A stretch of DNA of 64,000 nucleotides from positions 30,166,912 through 30,230,911 of the forward strand of contig NC_092675.1 in the NCBI RefSeq assembly GCF_964355755.1, given 5' to 3'. Source of the DNA: Antedon mediterranea. Taxonomy: Eukaryota > Animalia > Echinodermata. How positions within the stretch are numbered: the stretch's first letter is position 1; each line of letters begins with the position of its first letter. Positions 51,112-63,700 of this stretch are shown here, piece after piece. The position numbers and the translations under genes were made by a program. The notes under the pieces were generated by a model. It searched no databases, had not been told where the DNA came from, and saw nothing but the letters and a program-made list of their open reading frames with translations.

Positions 51112-52650
51112 TTAAACAAAATTGATTGTGATTTGAAAGATTGTGATAAGTAAAAGAATACAATTTGGCAAAATTTGTTTAGAACTTGAAGTTAATAAAT
51201 TAATTGTTGTTAGAGATTGCGCAATACCTGCCCTACTCTCAACATGACATGTGTATGTCCCAAGATCAGACATTTTAATATCACTTAAATATAAATTAGT
51301 TTCCCTGTCCCACGGATTATAATCTCCCAGTATGATTCGGCCATTGGGTTGCTTCCATGTGACGCTTGGCGTCGGATTCCCTGTTACGTTACAAGTGATG
51401 ATAATATGTGGCATCTCACGGATGTCATTAAGGTCAATATGTGTTGGCGTACAGTCAACAGTTGGTATAGTACATGTATGAGGGCAGGACATTGATGGTA
51501 TCAAGCTAATTTCGTCGTATGGGTCTGTCACGTTGGACACTTCAAAACAGTCGCAACTGTTTGGTACCGGGGCGTATGCAGAGTTTATATCAGGGGCGTA
51601 ATCAAGAAGAAATCTAGGCACGGCCGCTAATTTGTTACCATTAAGTACGAACTTTGTAAGATTCGTTAGCAATGGTTCAGAAAAATTAGTTGGTAATAGG
51701 ATGTTGTCAATTTGATTAGACTTAAGGTCAAGGGTCAGTAGACTAGGAAGCGGTAAATACAGATCAATTAGCGAGAATGATGTTAGGTTATTTTTAGAAA
51801 GTATGAGATGCTCTAAATTCTCCATTTCAGAAAAAGTGCCATTTTCAATCATATTTATGAAGTTTTTACCAAAATTTAGATTTCTTACTGATTCTAATCC
51901 ATTTAACATTTCAGGCGTCAGTGTTTGCATCTTCGTATCCCAACATTCCAAAGTTTTCAGATTTTGCAACTTTGAAAATGCGAATGGATCGATGCGATGG
52001 ATGTGATTGAAAGACATTCGTAATTCTTCCAACGCAACTAGATTATCAAACACTCCTTTTCGTATATGTGTAATCTTGTTGTTAGAAACCCAGAGCCGTT
52101 TCAATCTATCCAAACCATTAAATGCTCCTGGGTGTATCACACTAACATTCCCACTATACAGTTTCAAAACCTGCAACATACTCAATCCACGAAACGTGTT
52201 CCTGCGAATGATGTTTACTTTGTATGGTCTGATATCTAATATTTCAAGTTTACGAAATCCACCAAAAGCACCGACTTCGATATTTTCAATCGAAAACGTA
52301 TCCAACTCAAGTATTTTGAGATGTGGCCGTTGCGATTTGAATAAATCTTGCGTGATGTTTACAGGTGGTCCTTGATGAATACTCAAGGCATTCAACTCGC
52401 CCCATTCTTCGAATATTCCGGGTGTAATTTCTGTGCCTATGGCTATCCCGTCAAACTGAATGTTTACGATACCAGGGCACGGATTAGTCGTTGATATACA
52501 AGATGCGAATGGACACACGCATACTTCTTTTTCAAACTTTCCCCAGACTCGTTCTCTACTCTTGTAACATGTGTTGGAAAGGCTGCACTTTTGGCTATTA
52601 CAACTTGATATTGACGCCACCAGTAGAACAAGTAGTAACCCGGATACCAT
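51112..52650 (-). CDS. Cell-surface leucine-rich repeat + Ig (I-set) protein with probable GPI-anchor signal, single coding exon, 512 aa
   Basis: ATG 52650 with signal peptide MVSGLLLVLLVASISSCNS; ~10 LxxLxLxxNxI repeats; Ig motifs ITCNVTGNPTPSVTW and DLGTYTCHVES; ends SSSKQ + hydrophobic tail with no cytoplasmic part; AG acceptor 2 nt before the ATG. Confidence 0.92.
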   Translation of the reverse strand: MVSGLLLVLLVASISSCNSQKCSLSNTCYKSRERVWGKFEKEVCVCPFASCISTTNPCPGIVNIQFDGIAIGTEITPGIFEEWGELNALSIHQGPPVNITQDLFKSQRPHLKILELDTFSIENIEVGAFGGFRKLEILDIRPYKVNIIRRNTFRGLSMLQVLKLYSGNVSVIHPGAFNGLDRLKRLWVSNNKITHIRKGVFDNLVALEELRMSFNHIHRIDPFAFSKLQNLKTLECWDTKMQTLTPEMLNGLESVRNLNFGKNFINMIENGTFSEMENLEHLILSKNNLTSFSLIDLYLPLPSLLTLDLKSNQIDNILLPTNFSEPLLTNLTKFVLNGNKLAAVPRFLLDYAPDINSAYAPVPNSCDCFEVSNVTDPYDEISLIPSMSCPHTCTIPTVDCTPTHIDLNDIREMPHIIITCNVTGNPTPSVTWKQPNGRIILGDYNPWDRETNLYLSDIKMSDLGTYTCHVESRAGIAQSLTTINLLTSSSKQILPNCILLLITIFQITINFV

Positions 52651-53321
52651 GACTGTAACAAACAGATGTATATAAGAAAAGTATATCAAACTTGATTATT
52701 TGAATTACTTGAGTATTTTCCATGGCATTTCAGGTGTATTTTTATCTTTTTAGTTATAAACAAATGTACTATAAAATAAAAAAAAAATTCATCTCCTTCC
52801 AACAATATTATTTGAAATCAAATAAATGTACTGTATATCAGTAACACTAACAGTACCAGTAAGAGTTTATTTACACCGTTATGTAATTAACTTTAAAGAA
52901 TACAAGACAACAACCTAATATACAAACCTGTATACCTAATACAGATAAATCAATACATATTTTGAATGGTTGATTAGAGAAATATTAAACACAAACTACA
53001 TTCTGTAAGCATACAGTGTAATCGTATAAATATAGAAAAAACATGTTATTATATTTCATCTATAACTATTGCAGACAGTGATTAATTTAAATATGTTATT
53101 CACACAAATCCTACTTTGATGGCCCAATAGTCATCACATTATTTAATTCAAATACTTTTAAAATAGTAGCAATACATTCAACAAGATAGTTGCAATGCAA
53201 GTCAGCTATTACTCATTGCAGAAACAACCGGTGCTAACTCATAATGTCTGTGTCTAGCCTAGAAATCTTAAATCACTGCTAAACAAATATTAATAAACAT
53301 TCAATAGAGAGTATAATTTAC

Positions 53322-53600
53322 CTTTTTTAAGTATAAGTATACCAAGAAAGGTATACTACCAAATTATAATGAATTTGATGGTAGTTTCTTCTGGAATATC
53401 ACAGTTTTAACTTCCGTTAGGTCATCGGCGTTGTGCTTGACATTCCCGATTATTTCCGTATGTCAGATTTTTTACTGTTAGAATGCAGGGGTTTCTATGC
53501 TTGTACGTACAGGGAAAGATTTTATAGTTAATAAGTCAACTTCCAGCCTACTGGTGAATCGTTACCCTATTACGTGTCGCAACGTCTGATTGGTTTGCTT
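53322..53600 (-). promoter_or_regulatory. Likely 5' UTR exon and promoter of the LRR-Ig gene
   Basis: aaaag|gtaaat donor at ~53321; CCAAT box (aaccaatcag on minus, ~53586-53595) upstream. Confidence 0.4.
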
Positions 53601-54818
53601 TCAGGATGGTGGCATTATGAAGGAAGGAACAACTTTTGTCATAGATTTTTATCAATTTGATCAATGTCTTTAATAATTATCTTATCACAATTACTTCTAA
53701 ACAAAGAAAATTATCAAGAAAAGTAATAAATAACAAGATTTAAAGAAAAATAAATACTTTAAAAATAAAATACTTATTTTTTTATCTGGAAATAAAGCTT
53801 CATGAGAAATGGAAATTTCAGAGTGTTCTTAGAATCTGATAATTCCCAAATTTTATCCTATCGTTTAAAGATAATAAACTTTCAAGAGGTGTCCGGTAAG
53901 GGCCGGCCAAAGGGTGTCTGGTGTGGGCCGGCCAATGGGTATCCTGAATGGGCCAGCCAAAGGGAGTACGGTGTGGGCTTTCAAAGTGTTCTCAATGTAC
54001 TGATCAGTATAATTTTGTCAGAGTAGGGCATCCACCTACAGATCTATTTGTTACGCATGAGTGTTTGTCTGTTACTCTATACTTTGTCTTTGCAATAGTA
54101 CAGTATAATTCTAACATATAATGTATTCAGCAACCAAATATAGATTATTATATTAAGTGCCGCAATGTGTACATCACTCCCACATCATTTTTTTCTTATC
54201 GAAAGTGTCAATTTAACTTAATGCACCAGCCAGGCCATACAATCATCATAAATTAAATTTTCACTAGGTCACCAATTAAGTTTTGACCCACTTTTTGAAA
54301 GTTACACTTCACTCCTTTCGTTTTATATTATTAAATTTTACATAATTAAAATAAATTTATATATTATCAATTTTCAGAATGCGTTTCAAATAAAAAGTGC
54401 AAATTAAGCATAAATAAATTAAGAACATTTAATATCCAATTATTCTTGTTTAATATATATCAACAATATTGTTTTGACACATCTTTAAATCTCTGTCTAC
54501 CCTATCAAACTAATTTGACAAAACAAGTGTGATGTGCCAAAATGTGGTAGTGATATACCCAAATATGGTAGTGATATGACATCATCATGTCCATATATGA
54601 ACACATCACACATTTTTGTCACATAAAGTTTGATACTGTAGACAAAGCTTTCCCTATGAGTGTCAGAATAATTTAAACAATTATTCAACAAATAACTTAT
54701 TTCTCATATACCTTTACACTTTTTGTAGTTTTTTAGTCAGTTTGTGTACATATCTTTTTTTTTGGAAAATGCTGCCAGCTAAATTTCTTTGTATTTACTT
54801 CGTATAATATAATTATAG

Positions 54819-55169
54819 TTTTATTTTATTTTATTTTATTTTTATTTATTTTAATCGAAACCAACAGCGATAATTACCGCCACTAACAGGTTTGATACAA
54901 ACAAAGCCAGGACTGTTTAAAGCACCTTGATTGGTCCTAACATTGATCAAGGGCTTCTCTCGTCCAGTGCAGTCTGAGGCAGATACTAGATGCAGGGGCT
55001 GCCATAAGAGTCAGCAGTGCTGATTTCAAATGCCTAACGGGACCCCAGCTCCGTATACAGCACCCGTTATTCCCAGATGGTCTCCCATCCAAGCTCTAAC
55101 CAGGCCCAACGTCGCTTAACTTCGGTGATCTGACGAGAACCGGTGTTTCAACGTGGTAAAGCCGTATTG
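54819..55169 (-). mobile_element. 5S rRNA-derived SINE (SINE3-type): 5S head 55053-55169, ~200-nt body, (TAAAA)n tail
   Basis: Minus strand TACGGCTTTACCACGTTGAAACACCGGTTCTCGTCAGATCACCGAAGTTAAGC...GGATGGGAGACC..GGGAATAACGGGTGCTGTA with A- and C-boxes; no T-run terminator after the head; terminal stem-loop and A-rich tail. Confidence 0.85.
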
Positions 55170-58100
55170 TTGTGTCTTGTGCAATATGGCGGCCATCGAC
55201 ACAACACTGGCCTACTAAACTTTGTTTGTTGTGTCTTGTGCAATATGGCGGCCATCGACACAACACTGGCCTACTAAACTTTGTTGGTTGTATCTTGTGC
55301 AATATGGCGGCCATCGACACAACACTGGCCTACTAAACTTTGTTTGTTGTATCTTGTGCAATATGGCGGCCATCGACACAACACTGGCCTACTAAACTTT
55401 GTTGGTTGTATCTTGTGCAATATGGCGGCCATCGACACAACACTGGCCTACTAAACTTTGTTTGTTGTATCTTGTGCAATATGGCGGCCATCGACACAAC
55501 ACTGGCCTACTAAACTTTGTTTGTTGTATCTTGTGCAATATGGCGGCCATCGTCACAACACTGGCCTACTAAACTTAGTCTGTTGTATCTTGTGCAATAT
55601 GGCGGCCATCGACACAACACTGGCCTACTAAACTTAGTCTGTTGTATCTTGTGCAATATGGCAGCCATCGTCACAACACTGGCCTACTAAACTTTGTTGG
55701 TTGTATCTTGTGCAATATGGCGGCCATCGACACAACACTGGCCTACTAAACTTTGTTGGTTGTATCTTGTGCAATATGGCGGCCATCGACACAACACTGG
55801 CCTACTAAACTTTGTTTGTTGTATCTTGTGCAATATGGCAGCCATCGTCACAACACTGGCCTACTAAACTTTGTTGGTTGTATCTTGTGCAATATGGCGG
55901 CCATCGACACAACACTGGCCTACTAAACTTTGTTGGTTGTATCTTGTGCAATATGGCGGCCATCGACACAACACTGGCCTACTAAATTTTGTTTGTTGTA
56001 TCTTGTGCAATATGGCGGCCATCGACACAACACTGGCCTACTAAACTTTGTTGGTTGTATCTTGTGCAATATGGCTGCCATCGACACAACACTGGCCTAC
56101 TAAACTTTGTTGGTTGTATCTTGTGCAATATGGCGGCCATCGACACAACACTGGCCTACTAAACTTTGTTTGTTGTATCTTGTGCAATATGGCGGCCATC
56201 GACACAACACTGGCCTACTAAACTTTGTTGGTTGTATCTTGTGCAATATGGCGGCCATCGACACAACACTGGCCTACTAAACTTTGTTTGTTGTATCTTG
56301 TGCAATATGGCGGCCATCGACACAACACTGGCCTACTAAACTTTGTTGGTTGTATCTTGTGCAATATGGCTGCCATCGACACAACACTGGCCTACTAAAC
56401 TTTGTTGGTTGTATCTTGTGCAATATGGCGGCCATCGACACAACACTGGCCTACTAAACTTTGTTGGTTGTATCTTGTGCAATATGGCGGCCATCGACAC
56501 AACACTGGCCTACTAAACTTAGTCTGTTGTATCTTGTGCAATATGGCAGCCATCGTCACAACACTGGCCTACTAAACTTTGTTGGTTGTATTTTGTGCAA
56601 TATGGCGGCCATCGACACAACACTGGCCTACTAAACTTTGTTTGTTGTATCTTGTGCAATATGGCGGCCATCGACACAACACTGGCCTACTAAACTTTGT
56701 TGGTTGTATCTTGTGCAATATGGCGGCCATCGACACAACACGGCCTACTAAACTTTGTTTGTTGTATCTTGTGCAATATGGCGGCCATCGACACAACACT
56801 GGCCTACTAAACTTTGTTTGTTGTATCTTGTGCAATATGGCGGCCATCGACACAACACTGGCCTACTAAACTTTGTTGGTTGTATCTTGTGCAATATGGC
56901 TGCCATCGACACAACACTGGCCTACTAAACTTTGTTGGTTGTATCTTGTGCAATATGGCGGCCATCGACACAACACTGGCCTACTAAACTTTGTTTGTTG
57001 TATCTTGTGCAATATGGCGGCCATCGACACAACACTGGCCTACTAAACTTTGTTGGTTGTATCTTGTGCAATATGGCGGCCATCGACACAACACTGGCCT
57101 ACTAAACTTTGTTGGTTGTATTTTGTGCAATATGGCGGCCATCGACACAACACTGGCCTACTAAACTTTGTTTGTTGTATCTTGTGCAATATGGCGGCCA
57201 TCGACACAACACTGGCCTACTAAACTTTGTTGGTTGTATCTTGTGCAATATGGCGGCCATCGACACAACACTGGCCTACTAAACTTTGTTTGTTGTATCT
57301 TGTGCAATATGGCGGCCATCGACACAACACTGGCCTACTAAACTTTGTTGGTTGTATCTTGTGCAATATGGCGGCCATCGACACAACACTGGCCTACTAA
57401 ACTTTGTTGGTTGTATTTTGTGCAATATGGCGGCCATCGACACAACACTGGCCTACTAAACTTTGTTTGTTGTATCTTGTGCAATATGGCGGCCATCGAC
57501 ACAACACTGGCCTACTAAACTTTGTTGGTTGTATTTTGTGCAATATGGCGGCCATCGACACAACACTGGCCTACTAAACTTTGTTTGTTGTATCTTGTGC
57601 AATATGGCAGCCATCGTCACAACACTGGCCTACTAAACTTTGTTTGTTGTATCTTGTGCAATATGGCAGCCATCGACACAACACTGGCCTACTAAACTTT
57701 GTTTGTTGTATCTTGTGCAATATGGCGGCCATCGACACAACACTGGCCTACTAAACTTTGTTGGTTGTATCTTGTGCAATATGGCGGCCATCGTCACAAC
57801 ACTGGCCTACTAAACTTTGTTGGTTGTATCTTGTGCAATATGGCGGCCATCGACACAACACTGGCCTACTAAACTTTGTTTGTTGTATCTTGTGCAATAT
57901 GGCAGTCATCGACACAACACTGGCCTACTAAACTTTGTTGGTTGTATCTTGTGCAATATGGCTGCCATCGACACAACACTGGCCTACTAAACTTTGTTGG
58001 TTGTATCTTGTGCAATATGGCGGCCATCGACACAACACTGGCCTACTAAACTTAGTCTGTTGTATCTTGTGCAATATGGCGGCCATCGACACAACACTGG

Positions 58101-60177
58101 CCTACTAAACTTTGTTGGTTGTATCTTGTGCAATATGGCTGCCATCGACACAACACTGGCCTACTAAACTTTGTTGGTTGTATCTTGTGCAATATGGCGG
58201 CCATCGTCACAACACTGGCCTACTAAACTTTGTTGGTTGTATCTTGTGCAATATGGCTGCCATCGACACAACACTGGCCTACTAAACTTTGTTGGTTGTA
58301 TTTTGTGCAATATGGCTGCCATCGACACAACACTGGCCTACTAAACTTTGTTGGTTGTATCTTGTGCAATATGGCGGCCATCGACACAACACGGGCCTAC
58401 TAAACTTTGTTGGTTGTATCTTGTGCAATATGGCGGCCATCGACACAACACGGGCCTACTAAACTTTGTTGGTTGTATCTTGTGCAATATGGCGGCCATC
58501 GACACAACACGGGCCTACTAAACTTTGTTTGTTGTATCTTGTGCAATATGGCGGCCATCGACACAACACGGGCCTACTAAACTTTGTTTGTTGTATCTTG
58601 TGCAATATGGCGGCCATCGACACAACACTGGCCTACTAAACTTTGTTGGTTGTATCTTGTGCAATATGGCGGCCATCGACACAACACTGGCCTACTAAAC
58701 TTTGTTGGTTGTATCTTGTGCAATATGGCAGCCATCGTCACAACACGGCCTACTAAACTTTGTTTGTTGTATCTTGTGCAATATGGCAGCCATCGTCACA
58801 ACACGGGCCTACTAAACTTTGTTTGTTGTATCTTGTGCAATATGGCGGCCATCGACACAACACTGGCCTACTAAACTTTGTTTGTTGTATCTTGTGCAAT
58901 ATGGCGGCCATCGACACAACACTGGCCTACTAAACTTTGTTGGTTGTATCTTGTGCAATATGGCGGCCATCGACACAACACGGGCCTACTAAACTTTTTT
59001 GGTTGTATCTTGTGCAATATGGCGGCCATCGTCACAACACTGGCCTACTAAACTTTGTTGGTTTTATCTTGTGCAATATGGCGGCCATCGACACAACACT
59101 GGCCTACTAAACTTTGTTGGTTGTATCTTGTGCAATATGGTGGCTATCGACACAACACTGGCCTACTAAACTTTGTTGGTTGTATCTTGTGCAATATGGC
59201 GGCTATCGACACAACACTGGCCTACTAAACTTTGTTTGTTGTATCTTGTGCAATATGGCGGCCATCGACACAACACTGGCCTATTAAGCTTTGTTGGTTT
59301 TATCTTGTGCAATATGGCGGCCATCGACACAACACTGGCCTACTAAACTTTGTTGGTTGTATCTTGTGCAATATGGCGGCCATCGACACAACACGGCCTA
59401 CTAAACTTTGTTTGTTGTATATTTTTCAATATGGCGGCCATCGACACAACACTGGCCTACTAAACTTTGTTGGTTGTATCTTGTGCAATATGGCTGCCAT
59501 CGACACAACACTGGCCTACTAAACTTTGTTGGTTGTATCTTGTGCAATATGGCGGCCATCGACACAACACTAGCCTACTAAACTTTGTTGGTTGTATCTT
59601 GTGCAATATGGCGGCCATCGACACAACACTGGCCTACTAAACTTTTTTGGTTGTATATTGTGCAATATGGCGGCCATCGACACAACACTGGCCTACTAAA
59701 CTTTGTTGGTTGTATCTTGTGCAATATGGCGGCCATCGACACAACACTGGCCTACTAAACTTTGTTGGTTGTATCTTGTGCAATATGGCGGCCATCAACA
59801 CAACACTGGCCTACTAAACTTTGTTGGTTGTATCTTGTGCAATATGGCTGCCATCGACACAACACTGGCCTACTAAACTTTGTTGGTTGTATCTTGTGCA
59901 ATATGGCGGCCATCGACACAACACTGGCCTACTAAACTTTGTTGGTTGTATCTTGTGCAATATGGCGGCCATCGACACAACACTGGCCTACTAAACTTTG
60001 TTGGTTGTATCTTGTGCAATATGGCGGCCATCGACACAACACTGGCCTACTAAACTTTGTTGGTTGTATTTTGTGCAATATGGCGGCCATCGACACAACA
60101 CTGGCCTACTAAACTTTGTAGGATGTATCTTGTGCAATATGGCGGCCATCGACACAACACTGGCCTACTAAACTTTG
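55167..60177 (+). repeat. 59-bp satellite, ~85 units, ~5 kb
   Basis: tgtatcttgtgcaatatggcggccatcgacacaacactggcctactaaactttgtt(g/t)gt, near-identical units. Confidence 0.98.
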
Positions 60178-60679
60178 CATGTTTGCATTCATGTTTATCT
60201 CACAATATCTTTCTCACTTTTACTTTAAAAAGCAATGAATGTCAGCCTGTCAACTGATATGCTAATAATAACAACCTGCAGGCATGACCTAGGTCTCGCT
60301 CATAATTCATCTAACAAGTTAGCCAACTAGGAGAAATGTATACAACTGTTCATGTCTATGCTGCTTTACATAGCCAAGGAAACTACAAAGTTTACACATT
60401 CCAGAATGTCAACACCTGCATGGTTTTGTATAAAAAAGTTGTGTATAAACTGTGAAAGTTTTAGTACATGACATTTTGTATTGTTATAGCATAGAGAGCG
60501 TGCACATGTACTGTTCCACTGTAGTGTGGTGTAGTCTGTGTTTAAGTCTTGACAATTCTTTCTTATGTCACACAGTTAAGTTGCAGAGGGATCAAATACA
60601 CTTGTCCATTGGGTGATAATGTTTTCAAATTGTCCATTATGTTTATAACTAACTCAAATTACATCATTGGTTGTCAAAC

Positions 60680-60797
60680 CATTTGCCCAGAATAATTTTG
60701 CCCAGAAAAAGTTTGCCCTGAAATATGTTTGCCCTGAAATAAGTTTGCCCTGGAATAAGTTTGCCCGGACTAGGTTCGCCTGAAGTAAGTTTGCCAA
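60680..60797 (+). repeat. ~15-16-bp degenerate tandem repeat
   Basis: aagtttgccc(t/a)g(a/g)aat repeated ~7 times. Confidence 0.8.
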
Positions 60798-63700
60798 TCG
60801 AGAATGAGTCTGTTGTTGACATAAGAAGGGCTCTCTACCCAGGATAAGTTTGTTGTTCTGAGAATGTAGATCAAAACAGTTTATTTGAGAATAGGAATGT
60901 TGTTGTTTGTATTTACCTGTTGATTATTGCATGCATCTTCATTGCCGTGTGGTTTAGGTTTGAATTTATCATTGTTGCCTTTGTACCATTTTGTTGTCAG
61001 TCTTATGTCTAATATGTTTAAAAATGTTTTAATGTTTATTATCATCATAATAGTCATTAGCAGAGCCTAAATATACTTATAGTTAATTTAAAATGTGTCT
61101 ATAGTATTTCCTATAATCTTTGCTTTGCATTGCTGCTATATTCAATCTTAATTCCTAGGCATGTTATATAGCAATGTAGATATTAAAATATTATGACAAG
61201 CTATGATTGATGTATTTGCTGACAGAGCGATTGAGTTAATTAACCGAATAGATGGTTATTATTTATGATTTATATTTAGCCATTTTGTTCTCTCTGTAAG
61301 TGTAAGTGGGTATATGGGTGTCCTAATCAGCCCGGCACACAGCTTGGAGCTTATGTAATCGTGTGCTGCTACTGCCAAGCGGTTTAAAATTGAAATGTCA
61401 TTCTGACTTCTGATTAATTATTTTAATTACAATTTTTTTTTATTGCAGCAATAATAATTAGAAGCAATTTAATTTTAATTAATTATGTAAAATTAAAAAA
61501 TATTTGACGATTCAGGTAGTAGTTAATTTTACAAAATATTTGAAGTATTTAAAACTTTTCAAATTTTATTTGAGTTCAATATTATTTAAAATAGTTTATT
61601 TAAATAGTTTGAAAAATGTTTCAATATTAAAATCTGTTATTCTTGCATGTTAGTAAAATGTTTTGTAGGTTGGTTTATTTATTTTTTATTTGCACAAAAA
61701 CATTCCAACAGAAACAAAGTTTCCACTTACATTACAGTGATGTTTGACAAAAATTAACAATATTAAATATAAAAAACTTAGCTATACTTTGTAGTTATTT
61801 AAGCTAAATACACTGTCATTAGTGGTAGACACTGTACTTAATTAAAATAAAAAGGATCAAACATGATGATGTCTCCAACATCCCTGCTTTCGCTAGACAA
61901 GACACTTTTTATTGTTACATAACATCAAGATTATGAAATGAAATTTGTAGAAATAGATAATTACAAAGGATTTATAAATAATAATATACATCGAAGCTCT
62001 ACACTATCACATTTTATGTGAGAAAAACATGTGTTGTGCCCATATATGGACTTGATGACATCATTCCACTACCATATTTGGGCACATCACACTTTTTCTG
62101 TCAAACTAGTTCCATAGTGTAGACAGAGCTTTAAGATAGATATTCCTAATTATTAAAAATATTCTACCTATGAAAAACATGACTTTTACGCATTCTACAT
62201 ACAGAACCCCTCGTTTTGGACACCCTATTAAAAAAAATGTGATGTGACCATGGACACGATGAACTATCACTACGATATTTGGGCACATCACACCTTTTCT
62301 GCCAAACTAGTTTCATAGTGTAGACAGAGCTTAAGAAACTTCTAGCTAAGAAAAACATGACTTTTATGCATTGTACATACAGAGCCCCTTGTTTTGGACA
62401 CATTATTTAGGATAATTTGTTGTGTCCCGAAGGTGTCTCAACTTAAAAGGAGTTCTACTATATTTATTTTATTTATAATCAAATAACTGTAGAATGGAGA
62501 AACTATTGGGCAGCTTTTGTAGATTCACAAAGTGTTTACAAATTAACTTAACAAAAAATCAAATTGATAAACAAAACAAAAACTTGTAATTTCTGTAACT
62601 ACTGTATATTCTGTCTGACTTGGTGATTTGTATTTGACATTTTAAAGTTGTTATCCTTTACAAACACATTTGACTGTTAATAAGTAATTTCAGTGTATCG
62701 CTAAATGACTACTTAGTGTATTTACATGTCTCCCTGTCTTCCAGTTTTAAGTAGTACAGTATTTTCAAGAATGATATTGTATAATGCTATAAACATCCTT
62801 GTAAGAGGTTTGGATGTTCCGTGTCAGCATTGAAACAATGAGTTTAATGAGGGTGAGTGTGGAGGGACACTCAGAAAGATTGATATAAGAATTTATTAAT
62901 CAAAAAATAGCCGAAGAATTAAACCATGGGGCAATGGCCCAACACAGAAGTGGGCACTTCTTGATTTTATTGCTCTTTTCTGTACTGTTTATTTTTTAAT
63001 GCCAAGTTTTCAGTAGCCCTGTGGTGGATGACATCACACTTGGACAGATGGAGTGAATGAATTGTGAAGAATTAAAATGGGGCTTAAGACAGATGTAGTG
63101 AATACATTGTGAAATAAGAATTAGAACAATGATGACTATTGTTGTTTACTACAAACCAGAGGTCACATTAGTAAATTTCTAACTTTTATCAGATAACTAT
63201 GTTTGTTATAAAGCTGACATCTGACATTTTTTAATAGACTCACACTTTTGTAGGTACTTAACATTTTAATATCTCAGGAAATGTTTACTGTGAAAACAGA
63301 GAGTTAAATAGTAAAGAGGGAATCACAATTGAATCAACATATTTTATATACTAGATTTCTGTTTCTAATTAAAAAAAATTATTTATTTTTGTCTTTTTAT
63401 AACAAGCAACTGGTTTTCTGCTCTCAAGAGGTTTGTTGCGTTGTATGTGTATCTTTATTTTTTATTATTCTCTCGTCAGGGATGGTGTCCGGCGGGGGAT
63501 AGTTTCACCATGTAGTTTAAGTTCTATTTATTTGTTGTTAGCCGAAACCGTTCAATTCATTTTTTTTAAATGTATTTATTCTGTCTTTATACTGAATGAC
63601 ACTTTCAGTGCTAAAGCATTGCTTTCCAAAGTGGTTCAGTAGAGAAACATTAACAATATAATAAAAATAATTCAAAGACAACTAACAAAGTAATTTCATT

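Noticed and set aside
51803-52375. Plus-strand ORFs 51803-52006 and 52007-52375
   Set aside because: Antisense shadows of the LRR coding sequence.
52651-52689. N-terminal extension of the LRR-Ig ORF in the ORF track
   Set aside because: It starts at a non-ATG codon in intron-like sequence; an AG acceptor precedes the ATG at 52650, which begins a clean signal peptide.
55053-55169. Functional 5S rRNA gene
   Set aside because: Several substitutions in conserved positions, no oligo-T terminator, and it continues into a SINE body with an A-rich tail.
55167-60177. CRISPR array
   Set aside because: Head-to-tail near-identical units with no unique spacers, no cas genes, eukaryotic context.
56572-60257. 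Short ORFs in the 59-bp satellite
   Set aside because: They arise where 1-bp deletion units or the array edge shift the recurring stop codon.
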